64,000 nt of DNA from Acidobacteria bacterium UBA6911. Lineage in GTDB: Bacteria; Acidobacteriota; UBA6911; RPQK01; JAJDTT01. Of this stretch, positions 1-10,834 are shown piece by piece. The DNA lies in assembly GCA_963579905.1 (NCBI GenBank), contig CAUZIZ010000003.1:3249-67248 (forward strand), written 5' to 3'. The position numbers and the translations under genes are program-made. A model generated the notes under the pieces. The model made no database searches. It saw nothing but the letters and a program-made list of their open reading frames with translations, and was not told the DNA's origin. Within the stretch, counting starts at the first letter, position 1. Each line of letters begins with the position of its first letter.

Positions 1-2726
<2,726 letters not shown>

Positions 2727-2810
2727 AATCCAAAAGTGGTCTCTGCACAGTATGGGGTCACAATCCGTCGCCCACAGCGAAGTCGGCTTTTTCCCGGCTA
2801 CTTGATGTGA

Positions 2811-4079
2811 TCAGGAGGTCTGCAGTTTTGTGGGCATCTCGCTGAGGGGTTTGTGCTCGTGCACTTCCGAATGGTCTTCCAGTCCTTCCAGCCGGTGTGC
2901 GTACCAACGGGTACCGGGTAGGGCCGTCGGCCCGTGGGCAAACACGCTTATCAGTACCGTCAGGATCACGGTTGAGAAGATCAGCGACTCGCTCTGCAGA
3001 GCTCCCTCCCTCAGCACCAGTAGAACATAGAGGATCGAGGCGACGCCTCTAGGGCCGAACCATGCCAAGAAGACGAAAGTGTCGAAGCGCAGCCCGGATC
3101 CTAGCAGGCTGAGGCCCACAGGCAGCATCCTGATAACAGTCAAACTGAGAATTGCATAGAGCAACGAAGCCCCACTGAATAGCTCCAGAGCCAGAAAAAT
3201 CATTGCTGAGCCGTTGAAGAGAAACGTGAGCAGTGTCAAGAGTTGCCCCTCGGCCTCTGCAAACTCCCAGAGACAGGAGCAGACCTGCCTCGAGCTGTTG
3301 CCAATCGTCAATCCAGCACAGAAGGCGGCGATGACACCATTGCCGCCAACCAACTCAGCGGCGCTGTAGGAGAACACCGCCAGGCCCAGGGCTGCGAGCT
3401 GTTAGAAAGAGTGGTTCATCCACCCGGTTTGCTGTCCCCACTGGACCAACTTTCCTCCCAGGAATCCCACTGCAATTCCCACTAGCGGTCCCAGGACGAT
3501 TTTCATCGCTCCGAACCAGAGCCAGAATTGAGTGCCCTCGGCGCCGTGAGTGGCACCGGCAAGGGAGATCACCAGCAGAAGAACCGGGAGTGCCCTACCA
3601 TCATTGAGACCACTCTCCACGTTGATCGCCTGCCGAATGCGAACCGGTACTCTGGAACTGCTCAGGACTGCCTGTCCCAGGGCAGCATCCGTCGGAGCCA
3701 GGATGACCGCCAACACGGCCGCTTCCCAGAAGCTGACAAAATCGAAGATCAGGGCTGCTGCGACTGTTCCAGAAACAATGGTCAGCGGGAGGCCGATACC
3801 CAGCAACCGCATTGGGATCGTGTGCTCTCGTCGGAGGAGCTTGAGATCGATTCGGGAAGCATCGGTGAACAGAATAAGTATGAGGGTGAATTCGGCAACC
3901 AGGTTGATGAGCTCACTGTCCCGATCCAACTCGATCAAGGCAACAACCTGAGGACCAAGCACCAATCCCATGACGACGAAGGCCATGGGAGGGGTTATCA
4001 CGCTCTTACCAACGCGCCCGGAAACCAGCCCGGAACTGAAAAGGAAGGCACCCAGGACGGCGAAGGCCAGTGTCTCCAT
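2811..4079 (-). pseudogene. NhaP-type (CPA1) Na+/H+ antiporter interrupted by a single in-frame TAA (plus-strand 3399..3401).
   Basis: ORFs 3402..4079 and 2811..3377 are in the same frame (1269 nt = 423 codons). Reverse-complement reading gives ...GWMNHSF*QLAALGLAVFSYSAAELVGG..., a continuous multi-TM antiporter-like protein apart from the one TAA. Confidence 0.75.
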
Positions 4080-4459
4080 TTTGAAAAAACACCAGTCGAT
4101 GAATTGTTGGCCGGTTGTCAGCGGAGATTCCTCCGCAGCCGGCTCAAAGATCAGCTATTGTTCTTAAAGAAAACGCGAACAGGGAAACTCCAGCTCCGCT
4201 CGGATCATCGTTCTTGGCCTGTGCTGTTCGTGAAATGATTCGGGGGCCATTGGAGATCCCGCCGACGACATTGTCCCCTTCAGATGGTGGAGGAGTACGG
4301 CTAAGCCAACATTTCGTGGTGTGGCCTCCGGGCCGAAAACGGCCGCTTGGAAGACACCGCCACGATATCCGAAGCAAATTTCTTCCCGAATGGAGCCAGC
4401 GCTTCTGGGGCGGATGTTCGGGACCCCGTTCTTGGAGATTTTCGAAAAACGACAGGAGA

Positions 4460-7400
4460 CTACTCCGAATCTGGAGTCCCTGGGACAACCGGGAAGACCG
4501 TCACGAGGGGCACCTCTTCCGGGTACTCTACCCCGGCAGTATCTTTCTGCCTCGAGGTAACTGCCGCCAGCGGCCGATCACATTCCAGCGTCAAGAGCCC
4601 TTTCATTTCTTGTGCTCTGGCGACAACGTCTTCGTCATCGAAAAACTGATGGACGAAACGAGCCAGATGACTTCCTGCAGCCAGTGGATCGAGCTCTTTC
4701 TCAGCAATCAGGTTGAACTCTTGATCAAACAGTCGCAGTGTTACAAGGGCATCTGGTGCTCCCTGGTCCGCCGGATAGACGATTGCCAGTCCCGTGTCCC
4801 TACTGCCGGTCGAATCGACCGAGATCGAGAACTCCGTTAGCAAGGTTGAAGCCGGGACCCCGGCCTCGAACAATAGGACGCCTGTTGCCTGGTCAATGCG
4901 GGTGAAGATAACCACCCCCGAGACTCCTGCGCCAGACGATACCCGAGCATATCCAACTCGAAGATCCCCATTGCCCAGGGTGGGCAGTGAGATCGAGTCC
5001 CCTTTCCTGAGCTCGACCTCAAAGCGACTGGCTGTCCCAAGAGTGCCCAGGGTAACCTCCAAAGGCTTACCATCGGGATTGGCAAAGAACTCGATCTGAA
5101 CTCTGCTGTCGAAGCCGGTGTTGACTAGGACCAGAGTCGACTTGAACTGAATGGGGAAGGTGGACCCATCTGCGAGCTGTGGGAAAAAGAAGGAAGAACG
5201 TCGTGCGGGGCCGCCCGGTTCTACAACCTTGCCATCAGCGACTAGATCATCGTCTCCTCGCTCTCCATCTACGAAGTGCAATCTGACCGTGTCCCTTGAA
5301 ATCTCCGCGCCTGTAGTCCCATCTTCCAGGAACTCGTACCAGTGCGGACTCGGGTCGGCAGGTGTAGGGCCATACTTGAAGTAGGTCTCCACATCCTCCC
5401 CAGGCGGCAGCAGTAGATCGACTGTGGCGGTAGAATCTTCAGCCACGCCTTCTACTGTAAGGCTGAAAAGGCCCAGCGGGAAGACAACACCAGGAGGCGG
5501 CAGCATCCCAGGCAGCGAAGCCGTTCCGACCTGGGTCAACGTCAAGGGCCTGTCAACCACGAGGCTGACATACCTACCCGTGAGGCTGTCGGGTAGTGAA
5601 CAGACATAGGCCTGTCTGCTGTCGGGCACACCATCCTGGTTGTTGTCTCCCGCATTGGGAGCAGCTTCCTCCACCAGGTCCCTGACACCATCGCCATCGC
5701 TATCGGCTTCATCCGGAAGAAAGAAGCGCGTGGCCAGCTGAAAGGCGTTTCGGCCGATCTGCGCGCCAATGAAACGCCCCGGGATGTCGTCTGCGGTTGG
5801 ATGGATCCCACCATAGATGCGCGAGATGCTGGTCTCGTCCGACGCGTCGCGATAGGTTGCCCATTGCAAAGTGATGTCGACGCTGGGTCCGTCCTCGAAA
5901 ACAAGGAATTCGTTCCGTGCTACGAAGAACTCACCAAGCCCGCCCGGGAAGAAGGCGTCTCCGGTGAATCTGGTCATCAATTCCGCAGCCGCTCGGCTGA
6001 AGGTGCTGTGGCCCGAGACATAGGCGGCAAAAGGCGGTGTGACAAAGGTCGGACGCTGGTAGGGCCACCACCGCTCGGCGAGAATCCAGCCGACGCCCGC
6101 CGCCGTCGTCGTGGGATCGGAAACGAAATCTGGCCCACGCCAGGTCTTTACCGCGATCTTTCCCAGATTTTCGTTGCTCGGACCCGCCAGGTGCTCATGC
6201 CGCTCACCCGCGGCGACCGTGTCTGGGGTAATCACTTCGACAACACCAGGCTTCAGGCCGATGCCGGCAGGGTGATAGGACGGCCCGCTGGGATCGCTCC
6301 TTTGCCCGTTATCAGCCATATAGCGAATTGCCGAGATCGGGCGGATGTAGTCATACCAGCCTTTGGCACCCCAGGCCGCCACCGCTGAATCGTGGACTGC
6401 TCCACCCAATGAGAAATAGAGTTTGACATCCCATTCGAGATCGTCGAGTGGCTCTCCGGCACCCGCAAAACGCTTCACACCGAGAGGATGGTCGGAGACA
6501 TAGTTGGCGATCGTAAACCAGTGACCCGGAGGTGTCTCCGAATCGGGTCCATCCGCCCAGAACTCTGCCAGCACACGATAGTAGTCGCCTGCTGGAACGA
6601 TCTGCGGAAGGTAGGGCAGTCCCGTGACTGGGTTGACCTCACGGCCACCTCCGTTGTTGGTCCCGAGCGTGTTGTTGCCTCGCGCATTTGGACTGATGTC
6701 GATCATTACACCGTCCGTAGGGTCCAGCTTTCCGCTCCACTCGACCACCTGCTCGAAGCCCGAGCGGTAGTCCCCAGCGCCAGTGCCTCCGATCATCGGC
6801 GGGGGACCCGGATCGAGATAGACCCAGTACTCGTCTCCGGCGCGTTCGTAGATCGTGAGGTCATCGGCGCCCAGTGCGAAGGGCGTGACCTGGCCCCACT
6901 CCGGACTCACGAAGGGAGGGACACCAAGGGGAGACGGAATGCCCGACTGGCCGACAAAAAACTTGAGCGAAAGCGGTTGCCACAGGTTCGGATCTACAAT
7001 ATTCGGGTTGCCGGCAATTGCCGGAAGCAGGGGTGGGTTCCGGGGCTGGTAGAAGCGGTTCGAATAGCCGTTCTCTTCGTTGGCACCATCGGCCCTTCCT
7101 ACGGCAAGTACGGTCGCGGCGATCCGATTGCCCAGAGCCGCCGGAGAATTGCCTGTCACGTCAGTGAAGTCGATGTCGTAGCCAAGCTCGGCCATCTTCG
7201 CGTCGAACGAGGGAAGCGATACGCGTGCGCCCGGCGAGTTCGCGAATCGGGCACTCAGGATACGATAGGAGGAGTAGCTGATCGCCTCCCGGCGCGCGCT
7301 GGCAGCGTCCGCTGCCGTGGCCTTCTCCTGATGGAGATACTGCTGGGCAACCAAGTCGTAAGCTGCCCACGCGTCCCACATGCCAATCGCGGTGTGAAAG

Positions 7401-7705
7401 AGGTTGCGGGCGTGAACAGTCGGGCGTGCAAAATCGTTTCGAATGGCCTCGAGCAGCTCCTCGTTCCACTCCCTGGCGGCGGAATGCTGCGCCGGGCCAG
7501 CCAGTCCCAGACTCAGGACTGAAGTAACCAGGAGGCCCTGGAGCAGTGCACGAAAGAGACCTCCGCCCTGCTGCGCCCTTGGCTCATTCTTCTGCCAGAT
7601 CAACACCCTCTCCGAGCTATCACACCCCACGGCTTGCTCCCTACCACCAGGCCCCTGTACCTTTCCACCTGAACCTGCGCCTCGGTGAAAACAATCGTAT
7701 GACAA
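4460..7705 (-). CDS. Large secreted PAP2-superfamily / vanadium-haloperoxidase-like protein with thrombospondin-type-3-like Ca-binding repeats and a beta-rich C-terminal extension.
   Basis: 1081-aa ORF. PAP2 signature pieces are K-x6-RP (KGWYDYIRP), SGHS (AAYVSGHSTF) and SR-x5-H-x3-D (SRIYGGIHPTADD). The N-terminal HARNLFHTAIGMWDAWAAYD block is typical of haloperoxidase-like PAP2. A DSDGDGVRD repeat is present. A signal-peptide-like stretch LLQGLLVTSVLSLGLAGPA suggests the real start is internal, near 7560. Confidence 0.7.
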   Translation of the reverse strand: MSYDCFHRGAGSGGKVQGPGGREQAVGCDSSERVLIWQKNEPRAQQGGGLFRALLQGLLVTSVLSLGLAGPAQHSAAREWNEELLEAIRNDFARPTVHARNLFHTAIGMWDAWAAYDLVAQQYLHQEKATAADAASARREAISYSSYRILSARFANSPGARVSLPSFDAKMAELGYDIDFTDVTGNSPAALGNRIAATVLAVGRADGANEENGYSNRFYQPRNPPLLPAIAGNPNIVDPNLWQPLSLKFFVGQSGIPSPLGVPPFVSPEWGQVTPFALGADDLTIYERAGDEYWVYLDPGPPPMIGGTGAGDYRSGFEQVVEWSGKLDPTDGVMIDISPNARGNNTLGTNNGGGREVNPVTGLPYLPQIVPAGDYYRVLAEFWADGPDSETPPGHWFTIANYVSDHPLGVKRFAGAGEPLDDLEWDVKLYFSLGGAVHDSAVAAWGAKGWYDYIRPISAIRYMADNGQRSDPSGPSYHPAGIGLKPGVVEVITPDTVAAGERHEHLAGPSNENLGKIAVKTWRGPDFVSDPTTTAAGVGWILAERWWPYQRPTFVTPPFAAYVSGHSTFSRAAAELMTRFTGDAFFPGGLGEFFVARNEFLVFEDGPSVDITLQWATYRDASDETSISRIYGGIHPTADDIPGRFIGAQIGRNAFQLATRFFLPDEADSDGDGVRDLVEEAAPNAGDNNQDGVPDSRQAYVCSLPDSLTGRYVSLVVDRPLTLTQVGTASLPGMLPPPGVVFPLGLFSLTVEGVAEDSTATVDLLLPPGEDVETYFKYGPTPADPSPHWYEFLEDGTTGAEISRDTVRLHFVDGERGDDDLVADGKVVEPGGPARRSSFFFPQLADGSTFPIQFKSTLVLVNTGFDSRVQIEFFANPDGKPLEVTLGTLGTASRFEVELRKGDSISLPTLGNGDLRVGYARVSSGAGVSGVVIFTRIDQATGVLLFEAGVPASTLLTEFSISVDSTGSRDTGLAIVYPADQGAPDALVTLRLFDQEFNLIAEKELDPLAAGSHLARFVHQFFDDEDVVARAQEMKGLLTLECDRPLAAVTSRQKDTAGVEYPEEVPLVTVFPVVPGTPDSE

Positions 7706-7744
7706 TGAACAGTCACGGACAAATGAACAGTCACGGACAATGGT
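7701..7744. promoter_or_regulatory. Tandem 17/18-bp direct repeat (gacaatgaacagtcacg / gacaaatgaacagtcacg / gacaatgg) in the divergent promoter region.
   Basis: Seen directly in the sequence between the haloperoxidase-like gene (minus) and the ada-like gene (plus). Confidence 0.5.
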
Positions 7745-7871
7745 AGAAGAGCTACGATCTTGACTATAGCGGAGTGATTGGCGACCGCACAGCTTCGCGG
7801 TTCAATACGTCGTGTCAGGTCGTAGCAAGAATCGGGTGGGCGTACCGGTGGCTGTTCCCTAGAATCGGTGT

Positions 7872-8714
7872 ATGAACGATTACGATCGGATCGCCAGCAT
7901 AATCGGCTATCTGGACGGGCACCACACCGAGCAGCTGGACTTGAAGACACTGGCAGCACGTACTGGATTGAGCCCCTTCCACTTCCATCGACTCTTTTCC
8001 CGTTGGGCAGGGGTCACACCGAAGGACTTTCTCCAATGTCTAACGCTTTCGCACGCCAAGGAGTTGCTCCGGCGCGGCGAGAGCGTTTTGAATGCTGCCC
8101 TGGATGCTGGGCTCTCTGGGCCAAGCCGGCTGCATGATCTCTGCGTCAGCCTGGAGGCAGCCTCCCCAGGGGAACTCAAGTCCGGTCGCGCTGCATGGAC
8201 TATAAGCGCCGGCCTGGCCGACAGTCCCTTTGGAACCTGTCTGCTGGGTGAGAGTCCTCGTGGAATCTGCCACCTTTCATTCGTCGAGTCCCTGGACCGA
8301 CAAGCGGCCACGGTTGCCCTTCAGGAAGACTGGCCCTTGGCACAGGTTCATTGGGAAGATGCACGTGCTTCACGTCTCGTCTCCCGCCTTTTCGGACGGC
8401 CTGCGGATTCTCACCCGCGAGCTTCCCTACGCCTCTTCGTGCGGGGTACTGGTTTTCAAGTTCGCGTGTGGCGCGCCTTGCTTCACATCCCAGAAGGAAC
8501 CTGCGTCAGCTATGGGCAATTAGCTGAAACCGTTGGCAGTCGCGCCATGGCAAGAGCCGTTGGCAGAGCCGTTGGCCAGAACTCGCTGGCGTACCTTATC
8601 CCATGTCATCGGGTGATCCGCGGGACCGGCGCCGTGGGAGGGTATCGTTGGGGAGGGACACGTAAGAAGGCCCTAATGGCCTGGGAAGGTGTCGCCGATC
8701 GTGGGTTTAGTTGA
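7872..8714 (+). CDS. AraC-type HTH fused to methylated-DNA-protein-cysteine methyltransferase (Ada/AdaA-Ogt-like).
   Basis: N-terminal AraC HTH (LSPFHFHRLFSRWAGVTPKDFLQ). C-terminal MGMT active site IPCHRVI with GYRWG. The N-terminal Zn methylphosphotriester domain of E. coli Ada is absent. Confidence 0.85.
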   Translation: MNDYDRIASIIGYLDGHHTEQLDLKTLAARTGLSPFHFHRLFSRWAGVTPKDFLQCLTLSHAKELLRRGESVLNAALDAGLSGPSRLHDLCVSLEAASPGELKSGRAAWTISAGLADSPFGTCLLGESPRGICHLSFVESLDRQAATVALQEDWPLAQVHWEDARASRLVSRLFGRPADSHPRASLRLFVRGTGFQVRVWRALLHIPEGTCVSYGQLAETVGSRAMARAVGRAVGQNSLAYLIPCHRVIRGTGAVGGYRWGGTRKKALMAWEGVADRGFS

Positions 8715-8734
8715 CGAAACTGGCCGCAATCATC

Positions 8735-9124
8735 TCAGTTGGCACTGGCCGCCAACTCGTATTTCTGCAGCAATGCGAGAAAGCCAGGGTGGTCGCGGAG
8801 TGAATTCCAGGTTGGATCGATCTTCAGAAATCCCACCGAAAAGTGGGAGGGCACCGACAACAGGCGATCGAGAGTCTTGAGTGCCTCGTCATGGTTGCCC
8901 ACCATTGCGTAGATCTGGGCCAGATCTTTGAGCCGGAATCCGAGCGGCTCGTCTCGACGCTTACCTATCATCTCCATCCCCAGTTTGCCCTCTCGGACGG
9001 CGTCGTCAGGACGGCCCAGCCCCGCGTAGGCAATCCCCAACGAACTCCATACCGGGCATGAAATTGCTGGCAGGACTTCGACTTTGTAGCAATGTTCCGG
9101 GGCAGTGGGCAGTGCCGATGGCAC
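8735..9124 (-). pseudogene. TPR-repeat protein fragment.
   Basis: TPR-like helices (GIAYAGLGRPDDAVREGKLGMEMI..., YAMVGNHDEALKTLDRLL) with no plausible N-terminus. It abuts another gene fragment. Confidence 0.35.
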
Positions 9125-9540
9125 TCGGCGGTTTTCAGAGCATCAAGGAGCTTGTGAGGCCGGGTGGCCGGGTGTATCAGTCCCGGCAGGCGGTTGTCGA
9201 CGAAGTCGCGAACAACAAGTTCCTGAGTATGACGAAGCCGATGGGCGCGATGTATGCGTTAATCAAGATTGAAGATGCGATCGCCGACAGAATCGATGAT
9301 CAGACATTCGCGATCGAGCTACTCGAGAACACACATGTGCTGGTGGGGCCAGGCAGCAGTTTCAACACACCCTATATGGACCACTTTCGCATCACTACAT
9401 TGCCGGATCCTGATATAATTCACGATGTTTTTTCGCGAATCGAGTCACTGCTGAAACAGTATGCCCGATTCGATATCCTCGTTGCCGCCGGCTCGTCCCG
9501 GCGCCAGCCCACAAGAATCCAGTTTGCATCGAATGTGTAG
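9058..9540 (+). pseudogene. C-terminal ~130-aa fragment of an AlaA-like class I aminotransferase.
   Basis: AGLRLCSNVPGQWAVPMALGGFQSIKELVRPGGRVY...ALIKIED...HVLVGPGSSFNTPYMDHFRITTLP aligns with the C-terminus of alanine aminotransferase. The ~270-aa PLP-binding N-terminal part is absent. Confidence 0.6.
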
Positions 9541-9543
9541 ACG

Positions 9544-10722
9544 GTGTGCTCGTCCTATGAGGGAAAAGAGACGAGAAATCAACGGTTTGTACTCCAACTT
9601 CTGTGGTTGCAGGGAGTCCTGCTTCTCGGGGCTTCCCTGTCGTGTGGAGAATCCCGCGACTCGATTGGGATTCGAAAAGGTCCGACCGAAGCGGTCCGCA
9701 TGAGCATACTGGAGCGCACCAGCGAGCCCCTATTGATAAGTGATCGTCCTTGGAAAAAGTTCACCCTCAACTACCTGACAGTCATCCGGGAGGGGAAACT
9801 CTGGCGTATGTGGTATGCCGCGTATGCCACGGACTACGAGTACTACAGCGATGCCTATCTCTGCTACGCAGTTTCGTAAGACGGAGTCCACTGGGAAAAG
9901 CCGGAGCTGGATCTGGTGCCGTGGAAGGACGGTCAGGTCAAGACCAACATCCTCATGGACGGCCGCAGCATGCGCGCCAATACGACCACCGTCTTCCGCG
10001 ACGATGAGGCCCCCTCTGATGAGAGGTACAAGGCCCTTCTGCAGAAGTTCCTGGGACGCGACGAGAACGGCAGGGGCGTTTGGCGCAATTCTGCTGCCGT
10101 CTCACCGGATGGCTTGCAGTGGAGTCTGCTTCAGGAACCCATCTACCCCTGGAACAGCGATACCCAGAACGTCTGTCTCAAGGACGGCGACCAATACCGT
10201 TTCTATGCCCGACTCTGGAGGGGTGTGGACAAGGCGGGGAACTCGTCCATCTCTACCGAAACCGAGAACGCGACAACCAGGACCATCGGACTGAGCGAGT
10301 CCTCAAAGTTCTCCCGATTTCCCAAGGCTCAGGAGATCCTGGCACCAGATCCTCAGGATCCGGACGACATGGATTTCTACAACAACGCCTGCACCCGAAT
10401 CAAAGAAGACCTCTACGTGATGTTCATCTCGGCTTTCTACAAACCCGAAGGGGTCATCCGGGTACTGGGGGCCTGGAGTCGCGATGGCCGCTCCTTCCAG
10501 CGACTGGGCCGCAAACCACTTCTGGGTCTGGGTGAGGGTGAGGGATTCGACTCCAAGGTCCTCTACGTTGCCCCCGGAGCGGTCCCAGGACCGCGACCCG
10601 ACACCTACTGGTTCTACTACCTGGGTCAATCAGCCAAACATGATGACAATGTTCCTGGAAAGGTCCATCACGGGGCGGGAGTAGGGAGGTTCTTGGTCGA
10701 GATTCTGGATGGCGGTTCGTGA
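9544..10722 (+). pseudogene. GH130-like (DUF377) secreted beta-propeller glycosidase/phosphorylase-family paralog with an in-frame TAA at 9877..9879.
   Basis: ORFs 9544..9879 and 9916..10722 are in one frame. The read-through is ...AYLCYAVS*DGVHWEKPELDLV..., matching intact paralogs (CYPISEDGYHWEKP at 10835.., SQDGIAWEKP at 27868..). The N-terminal block DRPWKKF...LWRMWY is present. Confidence 0.7.
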
Positions 10723-10834
10723 TTGCGCGGCTCTTCCCGCTTGGATAGTGACCACTTGGCTGGCGTCGTGGTAGTCCGGTGCTGAGCGCGGAAACCCCAA
10801 CTGTGGATTCGCTTATGTCTGATGGAAGATCAGG

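Noticed and set aside
4115-4840. 241-aa plus-strand ORF between the antiporter and the haloperoxidase-like gene.
   Set aside because: It overlaps the 3' end of the large minus-strand gene. No family similarity. Arg/Ser/Pro-rich.
6488-7522. 344-aa plus-strand ORF.
   Set aside because: Antisense to the PAP2/haloperoxidase-like gene. Arg-rich. No domain signal.
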